Notes under the pieces: generated by a model
What the model was told of the DNA's origin: nothing
Seen by the model: the letters and a program-made list of their open reading frames with translations, nothing else
Database searches by the model: none
Shown: positions 36,516 to 53,324 of the stretch, piece after piece
How positions within the stretch are numbered: position 1 is the stretch's first letter
Layout of the letters: each line of letters begins with the position of its first letter
Position numbers and translations under genes: made by a program
From: the human T2T-CHM13v2.0 reference genome, Homo sapiens
Length of the DNA stretch: 64,000 bases
Reading direction: 5' to 3' (one strand)
NCBI RefSeq assembly: GCF_009914755.1
Contig: NC_060928.1

Positions 36516-37197
36516 TAGGCAGTTAAAATTTAGGGAACAGCAAAATTCAGGAATAACTTTATTAACCTGTTACCGTCAGTTTTATTTTCCTATAGTCTCT
36601 TGTCACCATCGGTTTTGTTTTATCTTGTCACCATCACTTTTATATTCATGTACTTTTAGTTTTGATGTTCAGAATTACAAACCTGAGGATATCATTTATA
36701 TGTATTAAATAATTTAAAGGTTGGTTTCATAAAATATGTACAAGCTCAATGATATCTTTGACACAGTAGTTTCTACTCTTGGAATTTTATTGTGAAACAA
36801 TATTAATTGATAGACACATGTAATTATTTACATTGTTATTCAGTTTATTGTTAAACAAATATAAGAAAATATCTATACTGAAATTAATAAAGTATGAGAT
36901 ACTATGTAGAAACTCTTGTTCTAATAATATTTAAATTTCATTGTATATTATTTGTAAAAGACTACATATAAAACTAATTTTATAATGTGAATTCAGTTTT
37001 TATGATTACCCATGTAGTAAAATCAGAATAAAAATACGTTAGAATTTTCTCAGGGATCAATTCTGATTATATATTTGAGTTATTTTTATATTCATACTAT
37101 GTTTTTTTTGCTGATATGAATGCTAATCAAGCCAAATACAAAATCTATACCTGACCAATCATATATTCCTTATAAGTTAACTGTGTAAATTGAATTC

Positions 37198-37710
37198 ATA
37201 CATCAATGAACATTTGTGGGTTTTTTTCCACCTTTTAGTTATTATGAATAATGCTACTATGAACATTGGTAGACAATTACCTGTTTGAGCCCTTGCTTTC
37301 AATTTTGGTTTTACACCTAGAAGTGGAATTCTTGGACCATACAGTAATTCTATGTTTAATTTCTTGAAGAAGCATTATACTGGTTTTCACAGCAATTGCA
37401 CCATTATAAATTCCCATCAGCAATGCTCTAGGGTTCTGCTTTCTCTACATCCTAACCCACAGCTGTTATTTTCTGTATGTGTGTGTATATATATTTACAT
37501 ATATAGTATATATATTTATATATGTTTGCAGTATATATATTTCTGTATATATATATATATGTACATATGAAAATATATATATTTGATACTAGCTATCTCA
37601 TAAGCATTTACCTAAAGATTTGTGATGTTGAACAAATTTTCATGGGCTTCTTGGCCATTTGTATATATTCTTTGGGGACATGATTATTCGTGTTTTTTTT
37701 TTTTTTTAAC
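37198..37710 (-). mobile_element. L1MB-like 3' fragment with internal (TA)n expansion
   Basis: TTCCACCTTTTAGTTATTATGAATAATGCTACTATGAACATT..AGAAGTGGAATT..GTAATTCTATGTTTAATTTCTTGAAGAA. Confidence 0.8.
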
Positions 37711-37712
37711 TA

Positions 37713-38850
37713 GGCTGAAATGAAGAAGTTGGCAGAGATGTCTTACTTTCTAAGTGTTCTATGAAAGGATACATTTACTTGTGTTATACTGTTTTTATTG
37801 GCTACCTGTATTCCTTGGCTTGTGGCTCCCCGTCTTCATCAACCTAGTATCTCTGACCCTGATTCTGTCTTCACATCTCTTTCCTTGACCACAGCCAGTT
37901 AAAAGGTTTTCTTTTTTTTTTTTTTTTTTTTTTTGTTGAGACGGAGTCACTCTCTGTCGCCCAGGCTGGAGTGCACTGGAGCGATCTCGGCTCACTGCAA
38001 GCTCCCCTGCCTGAGTTCACGCCGTTTCTCCTGCCTCAGCCTCCCGAGTAGCTGGGACTACAGGTGCCCGCCACCATGCCCGTCTAATTTTTTGTATTTT
38101 TTGTAGAGACGGGATTTCACCGTGTTAGCCAGGATGGTCTCGATTTCCTGACCTTGTGATCTGCCTGCCTCGGCCTCCCAAAGTGTTGGGATTACAGGCA
38201 TGAGCCACCGTGCCCGACTGGTTTTCTACTTTTAAAGTTGTATATAATCCAGAATAATCTCCCTTGTGTTAGGGTTCTTAATATTAATTACATCTGTAAA
38301 CTCAATTTGGCCATGTAAGATAAAATATCCACAAATTCAAAACATTAGCAAGTGGGCGTCTCTGGGACTACGGCATTATTCTGCCTAACTCAGTCTGCCT
38401 CTGACTCCCAAAGATTTACTTAATATCACAGACAAAAAACTAGCGCCATCTCAACATCCTCAAAACCTCAACCCATGACAGCGTCAACACAAAGTCCCAA
38501 AATATCATCTAAACCACATCAGTTTAAAAGTAACAACTTTTGTCAACTAAATTATGTAAATTAGATGTGGGTGAAGGTCTTATGAGAATCTACCTTGTGG
38601 CACAATTTCTTTCCATCTATAGACCTGTGAAAGAGAAATAAATTATTTTTTGAAAACAAATGGTTGAATGAGAGTCAGAATATTATGAAATGTTATATAT
38701 AGTCTTGTTTAAAAAGAGAGACAAATAAAAGGACAAATTAGCCACTGATCTCCAGAAATTTAGAATTGAGGCCAGGCAACTCCTCTGGCTATCAAGGCTA
38801 AGGGATAATCCTTTATGGTTCCAAATTCCATTCTCTAGGATCATAGCTCC
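37713..38850 (-). mobile_element. MLT1 LTR plus adjoining MLT1-internal fragment, interrupted by AluY
   Basis: TTCCTTGGCTTGTGGC, ATAATCCAGAATAATCTCCC, ATTACATCTGTAAA..GCCATGTAAGATAA, ATTATTCTGCCTA; internal-like sequence follows ~38392. Confidence 0.65.
37913..38219 (-). mobile_element. AluY-like
   Basis: GCAAGCTCC, GTTCACGCC, CCGTGTTAGCCAGGATGGTCTCGAT; TSD GGTTTTCT (37905-37912 / 38220-38227). Confidence 0.9.
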
Positions 38851-39039
38851 ACCTTCTGAGTCATTCTTCCTTTTCTTGTTAAAAAGGAGGACATACTTTA
38901 TGCCTGAGAAATTGAGAAAATTGAGAGAAAGAGAGACTCTTTTTCTTGTTCCCTCTATTCTTTCCAATCCATGTTGACAGTGTTTCTAGTCATATAAAAT
39001 TTTCAAGAAACTCGTGTATCTCCCATGTAATTCACAATA

Positions 39040-39322
39040 TGCAATCTCACTATCCATCCAGTAGGATGGTTATGACCAGAAAGTTAGAACAACAAAGTGT
39101 TGGCAAAGATTTTGAGATATTGCAACCTTCAAACATTGCTAGTGGGAATAAAAAAATAGTACAGCTATTTAAAAAAAAATTTTGGTAGTTCTTCAAAGAA
39201 GCATGGAGTTTATCACCCAGCAGTGCCAATTCATGGTATATACTCAAGATAAATAAAAACATATGTCCGCCCTAAAACCTGTACACAAATGTACATGCCA
39301 GCATTATTCATAATAGGCAAAT
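39040..39322 (+). mobile_element. Old L1 (L1MB/MC-like) ORF2 end fragment
   Basis: AAGTGTTGGCAAAGAT..CATTGCTAGTGGGAAT..AAAAACATATGTCC..GCAGCATTATTCATAATAG-like motifs. Confidence 0.75.
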
Positions 39323-41325
39323 GTCTAATATGATGTTTATCCAACCAGTGTATTTTTCATCTCAGATGTAATAGCTTTCATTCCCATAAATGTGATTTGT
39401 GTCTTTGTTAAATGTTTTACTTATTATTTTGTGAGCAAATTGAATATTGTTTTAATCCTGTTTTTGTCTCCTCTTTATTCCTGTTTTTTTAAAATCTGCT
39501 TTATATCTATTGCAATAAGAGTAATTGTCTTTTCTGTTAACTCTGAGATCTGTGTCAGTTCAAGATCAATTTCAACTGGTATTTTTCTCTTTATTATGGT
39601 TAATATTTGCCTACAATTTTGCATGACTATTGATTTTTGTTTAGATTCCTGATATTACTTTCTGTATTTTTAAAAATTTCTATATTTTCTTATTTTTTGG
39701 TCTTGTGATTTCTGTATGAATTTTAGCATTATCTTATCAATTTCTACAACAACAAAGATGATAAGAATGTGATTAAGAGTGAATTAAATTGAATTGAATA
39801 TGCATTATAATTAAGGAACATTTGCCATTTTAGCAATATTGATTTATTCAATCAATGGACATGGCCTATTTCTTCATATTTTAGGTTTTATTTACTTTCT
39901 GTCAACAATACTTTTGTCAGTTTTAAGTTCCTGTTTTTACACAAATTTTAACTTTGTAAGAATTTTGTTTTTAGTATTTAATTTTTATTTATTTACTCAT
40001 TTCCCATTTGTTTCCTAAAATGAAAATTTTTCTTAACATTGATATTGTATCCTGTGATTTTGCTAAATTCATTTTCACTGTGATATCATTTTTGCAGATT
40101 TTTACAGATTGTCTACACATGCAATGATGCCATCTGCAAATAAGCATGTTTATTTCTCCTTGTCATTTCTGTTTTTCTTATATTAATACTTCTTACTCGA
40201 GTTCACTGACTAGAATTTCTAACAAAATGTTAGATAAAACTGACGAGACAAATTTCTTGTCTTTTTTATTACCTTAGTTTCAAAGAACTCACCCATTCAC
40301 AGTTAAGTATTATTTTAGAGGTAGAATTTTATACACAATCATCATCATTTTAAAGGAACTAACTACAATTTCATATCAGCTCAATTTTTTTATGTTTATG
40401 ATGAGCGCATGTTGAATTTTGTGAGATCTATTGTTCATGATTGTAACAATATTTTACATTAAATTAATGGAGATACAGATGTTGTATTATCTTTTCATCT
40501 CGGATAAAATTTACTTGTCCCTGATGCATTATTACTTTTATATCTTACTGGATAAAATTTGCTAATATTTTATTTAAAATACAATTATCTATAATTATTA
40601 GAAACATTAGTCATTAGTTTTATTTTATTATGCTTTCATTGAAGGACTTTGTTTTCAAGGTTATGCAGTCCCCGTATGACACGAATAATATTTTGTCTTG
40701 GTCTATACTATAGAAGAATTTGTGCAAGATTAATATTATTTTTTCCTAAAATGTTTGCTAAAATTAGCCAGGGAAGCCATCTAGACTTACAATTCTTTTT
40801 TCCTTGCACATTACTTTTTCATCTTTTTCATTGCAACTATTTATATATTTAATATTAAAATGAATATTCTAGAGATTACGTACTTGCATCTTTTTGTAGC
40901 CCTGCCTAATAATCTCTTTCTTTTTATTAGAGCTTGTGCATAATTCACTTATGTGTAATAATTAATATGGTTGGATATATTGATATTTTAGAATTTGGTT
41001 GCTATTTATCTCATCTCTCTTTTCTTTTATTCTCCTTTTCCACTTTTTCTGCCATCGTTTTTGTATATTTTATATTATTTTTAAAATTTTCCTGTTGAAT
41101 TTCTGACTAAACTTCTTTAAATTATACTTTAGTATCTTCTTGAAGGGAAGATAAGCTACATCTGTACTTTTAAAAAGTTCATTCTGAATACGTCTGGTAA
41201 AATATAGAACGCTATGCCATTACACGTCTGTCTTCATCTCCATTTTGTGCTTTGTTTATGTCATATATCCCATATATAGGTCTCACAAACTTAACAATGA
41301 AGAATTATAAGTTCGCTTTAAACCA

Positions 41326-41505
41326 CAGGCTAGAAACTAATGTCCCATGGGCCAAATCTGTTTTTGTAAATAAAATTTTGCTGAAACATTGCCATACCCA
41401 TTACTCAGGAACTGTCTATGGCAGCTTTCATGCCACAACAGAAAATGGAGTCGTCGTAGCAGCGGTTTCAATACCTATCATCTGGCCTGTAAAAGAATAT
41501 GTTTC
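41326..41505. mobile_element. MER58A-like hAT-Charlie MITE
   Basis: GGGCCAAATCTGTTTTTGTAAATAAAATTTTGCTGAAACA..CCATACCCATT..TGTCTATGGCAGCTTTCATGCCACAACAG. Confidence 0.8.
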
Positions 41506-41534
41506 CCTGTACCATTTCTTGGGTGTTTTACTGC

Positions 41535-41921
41535 TGTCACAGTTCATTCCTGCAGTTATTACAAAATATATTAGACTGGGAAACTTATAGACAGCATACA
41601 TTTCTTGCTTACAGTCATGGAGTCTGGAAGTCCAATATCATAGTGCTGGGAAGGTTAGTGTCTGGTGAGGACTGAGTCTCTGCTTCTAAAATGGGGCCTT
41701 GAGTGCTATTTCCAAATTCTATGACCTCACAGTGAGGAGGAGCAGTGGGGCAAAAGGGATTAGCTAGTTCTTCCTGGCCCTTTTATAAGGTCCTTGATCC
41801 TATTCATGAGGATATTGCCCTCATGACTAATTACCTCCCAAAGGCCCTACCTCTTGATACTGTTGGATTGTAGGTTATGTTTCAACATGAACTTTGGAGG
41901 GGACAGAAACAAAACATAGCA
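41535..41921 (-). mobile_element. MaLR LTR, MSTD/MLT1A-like
   Basis: ACAAAATATATTAGACTGGG..CTGGAAGTCCAA..GTGTCTGGTGAGG..CCCTCATGACTAATTACCTCCCAAAGGCCC..TTTCAACATGAACTTTGGAGG..CATAGCA. Confidence 0.8.
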
Positions 41922-42449
41922 ATTTCTTTCTGTATATTCATCTTATTATCTGGTATAATTTCCTTTCTATATGTAGAACAAATTTTTTTGCCATTTTTGT
42001 ATTATTTTAGTTCAGATATGGTGTCAACAAATATTGTTTTTGTTTGTCTAGATATATGTTTATCAGCTTTCATTTGTGGAAGGTATTTTTTCTGAATATA
42101 AAATTGTGATATTTTTCTTTCAGCAGTTTTGATGTGTCTTCGTATTTTCTTTTGGCCTGTATTGTGTCTGATGATAGCTCAGGCTTTAAATGCACCATTT
42201 TTATCAGGAAAATATGTATTACTTTTCTCTTGCTTCACTCAATATTTTTCTTCACTTTTGTTTTTAAGTAGTTAGACTAAGATAAATCTATAATTTTTCA
42301 TCTTTTCCTGTGCTGATTGGGTTTTGATAGACTTGCATCTGTAAGATTATATTTTTCTACAATTTAGGAAGTTTCAGTCATTATTTTTCCATCACTATTT
42401 GTCTCACTTTTTCTGACACTTTTGTTTGACTAAAATAATTTACTTTTTT

Positions 42450-42834
<385 letters not shown>

Positions 42835-43025
42835 TGAGGTTTTGTTCCTTTTCACTTCAATCATTTTCTCTCAGTTTTTCAGGTTGGGTAAACTGTATTG
42901 TTTTATCTTAAAGTTCACTTCTGTCATCTTAAATCTGTTGTAGGGTCTATTAAAATTCTTTTCACCTGTATTGTTTTGGCTCTTGAATTTCCATTTTGTT
43001 CTATATAATTGTTTTATTTTTCTGA

Positions 43026-43369
<344 letters not shown>

Positions 43370-45247
43370 TGATATACTTTTCTTTTGTCATGTAAACATG
43401 TTTTACTTTACTTTTGAACAGATTTATAACACATCTTTTGAATCTTTGTTTTTGTTTACCCAAACATCTAGGCCTGCTTGTAATCAGTAATTAGGTCATG
43501 TTGACCATACTATTTTCCTAGTATGGCTAAATGATTTTTTTTCTGTTTCTTTTGATATCTAGTAATTTTTGGTTTAAAATTGAACATTGCATACAAATTA
43601 TTGGGATGTTTCTGGAATTTTGTTTTTGTTATTATGTGAATTTTTGTTGTTGTTGTTCTAGTGGGTAACTTGCCTGGTTTCAACCTATAGAATCTGTCTT
43701 CACTACGTAATATTCAGCTGTTGATCTGTTGATAATTCTTCTTAGGTTTCGTTTGCTTTTTTTTTCTACCTCCCATTTGCTGCTATCTATCTTGGTCCCC
43801 TAGAAAATCTCCCCTTTGTCTGTGTAGTTAGTGATGAACTCGAGTTTAAAAAATGTTTATATTCAACCCACACTCTGTCCTGGTTGGAGCACATATTGAG
43901 TCAAAGGGACAGTAACTTCTCAAACCTTGCAAAGATCAGTTTTGCCTGTTAAGAATAGACCTCCATGGCCCATTTTTGCTTTCCCTTTTTGCTATGTGGT
44001 TCTTTTTGAATGTATAGCTATATAATAAGCCAGAAATTGGTGCAGTTTCATTTGTGGATCTTGGAATGCCTTGAAATAATGTCAGAGTTCAGATATTTTA
44101 TTGTAATCATTCCTCTAGGATACTGTAGAATACAGATAAAATTATAATTGCTTCTTCTAGATCACAGTTGACTCCTTTTGCTGTGTTCTAACAAGATTTT
44201 TATTTATAGGTGCAAAATATGGGTGCTGTGTATACTACACAAAACAAAATGTTTATAAAATTAATCATATCAGCCATAAACCATGACTAGAGTTCAGAAT
44301 TTTTCTATTGCTTTTTCCCACCCAGGTATTCTCCATTAAATAAGGATTACATTTTCAACTGTGGCTTTTTCTCAACACAACTAAAGCATAATTTTATTTG
44401 GTCTATTCTTGCCTAAAGTGAGGGGTTTGAATGTGATTTATGCAGTTATTACAACCTAATTATGAGAAGTACTAATAAATTATAACATTATTGTGTCAAA
44501 TTATGCTGACCAGTAAAAAAATCAGAACATAATATCCATTAGAATTAATTAACTTTAGGTTTCTTTCAAATGGCTCCCAACTTCACTGTCTTTAGGAAAT
44601 ATTTCCACACATAGTACAATCATGCTTTCTTTTACCATCTCTATCAACATAGTAAGATTATTATGAAATGAAATTTAAAATGTCTTCTATAGTTTTGGGC
44701 AAATATTCTATTTATGCTACTTATTCTGCCCCTAACTTTGGAAATGTTGCTGAAATCTATTCCTATCAGGCTTATAAACCACGTAATCTCCTGGGAAAGT
44801 AGTCAATTTCTTTCCAGAATACAGTTTCTATTCCATTTTTTTCAGTCTTCACTCTATGCAAACAAAATAGCATGGTGTTGAACACATTATCGCTGATAGG
44901 TTCCTTTTTTCATTTTCATGTTGAAATACTCATCATTGCTCCTAAATTCTTATTTTATTTGAAAGTTAATCCAAAATGCTATTAACCTCATAATGCCTCT
45001 TCTAATTCTCTCTCACTATTCAATTTATTATCTTCTTTTAAATTTCTCTAGAATGTCTACTTTGGTAAAAGTAACTATTTTAACTTGTTTAAATTATAGT
45101 TTACTTTTACCTTTATCACTTATTTATTTTACTTGAGACAAAAATATACCTTTATTATAATATATAAGGTTTATTAAATATTGCTTGCTATTAACTTGTA
45201 TCTTCAAACTCAAAACAGCCATATAAACTAACACTAACATAATCTCA

Positions 45248-45375
45248 TATTACAGATAAAAGAAACGGTGGCTAAATGGTTTTATAATTTCCAGAGATAG
45301 CACAGTTACTATGTTACAGGGTTGCAATTTTAATTCAGTTCAGCTACATTCAGAACCAGTCTTTAATACTCTGCC
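45248..45375 (-). mobile_element. MIR fragment
   Basis: TTACAGATAAAAGAAACGGTGGCT..GGTT..TAATTTCCAGAGATAGCACAGTTA core-like motifs. Confidence 0.5.
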
Positions 45376-45408
45376 TTAGTGCTGAATATCTAAAAAATAC
45401 TAATTGTG

Positions 45409-45738
<330 letters not shown>

Positions 45739-46130
45739 TCACTTAATTTTTAATCAGTATTCATTTAATGCATTGTTTAGACCAATATATTCTAAGATTA
45801 AAACAGTGAACTAAACAGACAAAAAAAATTCTCTCTTTGTGAAGCTAACATCACATTTGACTAAATACAATAATAACAGTAATTAATCACAGTAAGCATC
45901 AATAATAATAACAAAATGTATTGTACTTTATGATGAATTTACTAAATCTTAAAAATAATAGTAATTAGTGGCTGTTATTGTTTCTCATTTTACATATGAT
46001 AAAATAAGGCTTTTTTAGAATTCTATAGGGATAATTTTCCATACTCCTAAATTTAGAATGCCTGTTAAAGCATAAATATTAGCATTGAGTTGTATAATAT
46101 GCAGCACTTTAACAGCTTTAAATAGAGTAT

Positions 46131-46972
<842 letters not shown>

Positions 46973-49302
46973 ATATATAAAATATAACTTGGTAGAGCAC
47001 ACTATCATGAGGCTACACTGATACTGGAAAAAAACACTCCAGACAAACAGGTTCAAAGATTAAGTCTGTCTTAGTAGAATTCAAACATTGTTAGTCATAC
47101 AAAAAACAGTTACATAAAGTTCTAGTCAACAGGGCAGTGATAAGTTTAGGACCTCAGTATTGATTAATCAGGGTGAGTAATTGGTGTCTGGATATAGTTG
47201 ATGGACATGAAGTATGAAGAAATGGAGTTTGATAATTCTGATTTTTAAAAAATCCATAAATCTTTAAACTTTCAGTAACAGAAGAAGAGTGTATAAGGAA
47301 AGAGAAAGCAAGCATAAAGAGTAGGGCACATATCAGGGCAGACATATCAGGGCAGTCAAAATGCAGAAATTGCCCAGTAGGAATAGAAGAGAATGAAAAT
47401 ATGAAAGACATATTGTGCTCAATTCAATAAGCTGTCTCTGCCCACACTGTTATTGGTTATCGTGCAGAGTAGAAAACTGCCAGAATCAATTTGTCAAGTC
47501 CTAAAAATATAAGTCTTAGCATTGTAGTCTTTGACAGTGTTTCTCCATTTTACAATTAGCACAATGTACAGGTCATTACAAACCAAGGGTAAATGAAGAA
47601 TATAGAGTATGAATCAATGGGAATATTGGAGAAGAAATGTTCTCAATTCTATTATTACTTTTTATCTTTATTCAATTTGAAATCCATTGCCTCATATTAC
47701 TTATAAAATAAGCCTAATAATACATAAATGAGAAACATTTTAGCTGATTTCTCATGGGGAATTAAATTTCCTAACAGACATAAATACGCAATTATCCATT
47801 TTTAAACAAAGGTACATGATATAGTTGACTGAAAATGAGCCTAATATCTTCCAAGTAGGAAAACAGCATCATTTGATTAGCCTAACAGAGTACAATGATT
47901 AAATTGCTGTTTGCAGTTGAACAGACAAATGTCATTAATATTCTTTCTGTTTCAAATTGCAATGTATGACATAGGTAGATAGACATCTGTCTGTGCTTAT
48001 GTAGATATTTACCAAGTATTTGAATACAGCTTACCCTATACAATTTATTAAGGCTTACAAAAATATCTGATCATTGTGTTCCTTCAATTATAAATATTTA
48101 TGTAATTACTGCTTGGAATTAGATAATGTTTTGTGATCTGTAGATATTGTCATGAATACAATCTTTAAGAATATCGCCAACTTAGAATTAACATCCTAAC
48201 ATCTAATGAACAAAATTACATGCTTCAGGTAATATGTCAAATTAAGAAACTGCTGAAAACTTGGTTAAGTTTATTTCTTTTTATTATTTCTGTTGACTAG
48301 GATAAACAGGAGAAAACTCAAGAAAATATAACCTATATGAATGTATCTTTCTGAACTTTAATGAGTACAAATGTTCAAGGCTGCTTTCAGCAACACTGAT
48401 CTAGCTTCGGGAGTAGTCATCAAGTACATTGGGTCAATTCAGCTGTAGTTAATCGCTTGAAGACAGTGCAACCACCTGTTCTACAGAATGAGTTTTGCCA
48501 AAAAAAAAAATACTGCTTTATGATGTTATGTCCAAACACACTGCTATACATTTGATGTAATATATACTATATATTTTGTGCATTTTATACTTAAATTGTG
48601 GAATTTCAAAAATACTATTATTTTAATATTTCAATAATTGAATAGTTAGGAATGAATGGTTCTAATTAGATCAAGCATTAATTCATTAAGGACTACATAT
48701 TCTGTGTTAGAGTAGAAGATTAAAATATCAACAATCACAACAGTATTAACAGCAACAAACATGTTTCAAATTTTGAAAAAATTGTGCTTATAACTGAAAG
48801 TATTTCAACATTGCATCAAGCTTTATTTATATATGACAACATTTTGAAATAAACTGGAGCTGTATAATGGCAGATTACAGAAAATTGTTGAAGTGTATTA
48901 TATCCATCATAACATATGTTTATCATTACTAGTAAGTGCAGAGGACCATGTTTACAGATTTCTGGGTTCTCTTCTTTGAAGTATATTAAAATAAGGTGCA
49001 TACTAATTTTTGCATTATAATTTTTGAGATAAATTTTATAATATATAGTTTTGGCAATGGGTATACATAATACAAAAACTGAAATAAGAACCTGATCACT
49101 CCTGCACTCCTCTATAATCCTTTCATTGTGAATTAAATCTCAACTACTCTTTATGAAAGTGTTGAATATTAAATAGCAATCAAAACCCCCTATAAGGGAA
49201 AGGGCTTCTTTAATTTATAATTATTTATTGATGAGAGTTATATTTAGTATTTTATGTGTTCTGTAGAAACAAATGTGTTAACCAAATTCTTTACAAGCAC
49301 AC

Positions 49303-49624
49303 TTTTTTTTAATTTAAATTTTTATTTTTTTGAGACAGGGTCTTACTCCAGTTGCCCAGGCTGGAGTGCAGTGGTGCAATTTCTGCTTACTACAGCCACG
49401 ACCTTCCTGGGCTAAGGTAATCCTCCCACTCAGCCTTTTGAGTAGCTGGGAATACAGGCACGCACCACCATGCCCAGTTAATTTTTTTTTTTTTTTTGTA
49501 TTTTAATAGAGATGGGGTTTCACCATGTTGCCCAGGCTGGTCTGCAGCTCCTGGACTCAAGCAATCCACCTACCTCAGACTTCCAAAGTGCTAGGATTAC
49601 AGGTGTTAGCCACCGTGCCTGGCC
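49303..49624 (-). mobile_element. AluJ
   Basis: GAGACAGGGTCT, ACAGCC.CGACC..CCTGGGCT, GTTGCCCAGGCTGG, CTCAAGCAATCC are J-type features. Confidence 0.85.
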
Positions 49625-50142
49625 AAACACACATATTTAATTACTGTGGTTCTCGCTCAGAATTGTCTTGATATTATGCCCTTATATGCATTTCAAGCAC
49701 AGTGCCCCATTGCAGACTCTCATCATCACTCACCTGGCCTCCCCATGTTTTCCTGGTCTTACATGTCTTCCATTTATACTAACTGATACTAATTCAAAAT
49801 AATAGAAATAACTAATACATTCCTTTCCTCAAATATTTTTATTGGCTCTCATTTTGGTATCAAGTGCAAAACTGGTCAACTCTGGATTTAAAGGGCTTAC
49901 AATCTAAGCACACCCTAAAACACTGGTGCTTGGTAGTTCAGCCCCTACCAATTACAACGAACATTAGACATTATTTTTATCAAAGTTCTAAACTTTTAAA
50001 AATTTACTTAGCCTATTTCCAAATATTCTAAATTTTCTTCACCATTTCTATAATTCTATAAACAAAACACTGATTCATTTTTTTTGTTGTGCTTTTGCAT
50101 TTCTCCCATCTGCCAAATCCACATTCATTTATGTAACCATTC

Positions 50143-50451
50143 CTTTCTTTCTTTCTTTCTTTCTTTTTTTTTTTTTTTTCGGCGTAGTCTCGCTCTGTCA
50201 CTGGAGTGCAGTGGTGCGATCTCGGCTCACTGCAAGCTCCGCCTCACAGGTTCATACCATTCTCCTGCCTCAGCCTCCTGAATAGCTTGGACTACAGTCA
50301 CCCGCCACCATGCCCCGCTAATTTTTTGTATTTTTAGTGGAGACGGTTTCACTGTGTTAGCCAGGATGGTCTCGATCTCCTGACCTCGTGATCCACCCAC
50401 CTCAGCCTCCCAAAGTGCTGGGATTACAGGCATGAGCCACCCTGCCCGGCC
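50143..50451 (-). mobile_element. AluY-like with (CTTT)n tail
   Basis: GCAAGCTCCGCCTC..CCATTCTCC and GTGTTAGCCAGGATGGTCTCGATCTCC; small internal deletions; flanks CCATTCCT/CCAATCCT. Confidence 0.9.
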
Positions 50452-50996
50452 CCAATCCTGTCTTATAGAGTCACTAGATAGCATTCCATTAGAAAAAAGT
50501 CAAATAGACTAAATATCTATATAATCAGATATTCATATAGCTAATATATATAAAATGATATCGAATCATAATGCCATTCATTGTCACTGATATTTAAAGA
50601 CAGTGCCTTTAATTACACAATTACACTTGTGTTCAAGGTAGTTTAGCATCTCATTTTTACTTGTCTCCCTCTTGAAAGTTTATTGTAGTGACGGTGAAGA
50701 AGTGTGAATATAAATAGACTGAAATGAGGAACCAGCAGTAGTTCCATGATTACAATAAATTTTGGAAGGTTGTTTCATGGTGGGATTATATAGATAGAAA
50801 AATCACAGCAGAGAGTCACATCTTTGAGCATATATACAGGAGAATGTTACAATAAGGAAGGGGCTGTTTTTAACTGAAAAATGCTTTCAGCATAGATCAC
50901 ACTGTAAAGGTATGCTGAGTTAAATGAAGTTACAGAAATCATGAGAATTAACTGAATACCTATGTATACATTTTCTTCAAGTATTTCCCAGCTCTA

Positions 50997-51306
<310 letters not shown>

Positions 51307-51659
51307 CTAAAATAAAATGGCATGTGTATGCTACAGTTGTACACAAGTAGACAATGGTCTTCAAAGTAAAGCTGCAGAAATACTGTATTTTAAAAATCCT
51401 AATGAGCTATATGATCTATTTCCCTAGGAGATACCAGATCTTCAAAAATGGGATTTGGAGGCCGAATGTAGGAACTTTCTGTTATATCTTTTTTCTTTCT
51501 TTGTCCTTCCTTTTTCTTTGTTCATATTTTTTCTTCTTTTATTTAAATAGGACTAGTGCAGCCTACATGCCATTCTGCATGCAAAACTTAAATGAATCTT
51601 CCTATTAACACACCACCATACTCACAATAAACAAGTATCAATCGGGGGTGATGCATTCC

Positions 51660-52208
51660 TGATGACCCACTAGGAGGCAGACAAATTCCTAGGCAGACCA
51701 GGATGAGTACCTGGTGACACTCGAACTTCAAGCAAGGACAGCCTGAAGTCTGAACACCCAAACTACCAGTTCCCAGTAGAGTCCATGGACCGTGGTGAGA
51801 ACGTCCATTCCTGTTCACTGCCCTGTTTGGTCCCGGGCCAAGGTCAGAGGCCAAGCTTTCACTTCAGCCCCCAACTGGTTCTTAACACTGTATTACCTCT
51901 TTGTGAATAGTGATTTTCCAAGCTTACCCATAAACCACATCAGCTCAGATTTCCCCATTCTAATCCCATAAAATCCCCGGACTCAGCCTCACAGCTGGCA
52001 ACCCACTTTCGGGTCTGTCCCCTTTTGCTGCTGAGAGCTTTATTTCTGTTGCTCAATAAAATTGTATTCTGCCTTACTCCCCAGTGTCTGCATATCTAAT
52101 TCCTGTTGGTCATGAGACAGGAATTTAGAACTTGCCAAACTGTGAGAGTGAAAGAGCTGTACCACTCCTTTCCACTCGCTGAACTATGGGAGTGAAGAAG
52201 CTGCCACA
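51660..52208 (+). mobile_element. ERV1 LTR, LTR9-like
   Basis: GGAGGCAGACAAATTCCTAGGCAGA..CTTCAAGC..ACAGCCTGAAG; CCCATAAAATCCCCGGACTCAG; CTCAATAAAATT; ends GCTGCCACA; start approximate. Confidence 0.65.
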
Positions 52209-52654
52209 CTAATGGCAGTATAAAATCATTACTAGCAATGGGCAATAATCAACCTAATTTTTAAACTTAAAAGTAACCATGAACTAGTAGATATCAATAA
52301 ATACTTATGCTAGATAATCTCAAGAAGAGAGAAGAACATCAAAAGAAAATAAAATTTCAATATTCTGAAAAATTTTTTTGTATATTTCAATTTTATGTGA
52401 AAAAATGATAGATAAATACTAAGAGAAACATAAATGTTCAATAATAAAAAATATATAAGTTTACAAATATGAGGATTTTAATACATAAAAAAGAATAAAA
52501 AGTATGAGGAATTTTCCTGCCTATAGAACAAAAACAAAACGATAAAAAGTAATAAATGGGAAGATACATGCAAGATCTGTCAAGGAGTGCTACAAAAGAA
52601 AATAGGAACATACAAAATTTATAAAAGCACATCAAGTACAGAGCTAAATGAGTC

Positions 52655-53320
52655 ATAAAAAACAAACATTATGCCTACACAAAATCCTGCACAGGGATGT
52701 TTTCAGCAGCTTTGTGCATAATTGTCAAAACCTGGAAACAACCAAGTTGTCTTTTGGTAGGTGAATGAGTGAATGAACTGTGGTACATCCAGACAATGGC
52801 ATGTTATTCAGAGCTGAAAAGAAATTAACTGATAGCCATGAAAACTCATGCAGGAACCTTAATTGCGTATTAGTAAGTGAGGGAAGCCAGACTAAAAGGC
52901 TGTATACTATATGATTCCAACTATATGACATTCTGGATAAGTCAAAATCATGGAGACAATACAAATATTCATGGTTGCCCAGGGTTAGAAGAGAAGGAGG
53001 AATGAATAGATGGAACACAGAATTTTTAGGGCAGTGAAACTACTCTGTGTGATACTACAATGGTGAATACATGTCATTATATACTTTTTCAAACCCATAA
53101 AATATACAACACTAAGCTTGAGGCCTAATAGATACTATGAACTTTTGGTGATTGTTATGTGTTAAAATAGATTCATCAATTGTAACAAATGTGTCACTCT
53201 GACAGGGCATGTTGACAATGAAAGAGGCTGTCAATGTGTGCTGGCAGGAGGTTTATGAGAAATCTCTGTAAATTTCTCTATTTTTTTGTTAGCCTTCAAA
53301 ATACAAATCTATTAAAAACC
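52655..53320 (+). mobile_element. L1MC-like 3' end
   Basis: AACTGTGGTACATCCAGACAATGG, ATGATTCCAACTATATGACATTCTGG, GGCAGTGAAACTACTCTGTGTGATACTACAATGGTG. Confidence 0.85.
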
Positions 53321-53324
53321 ACAT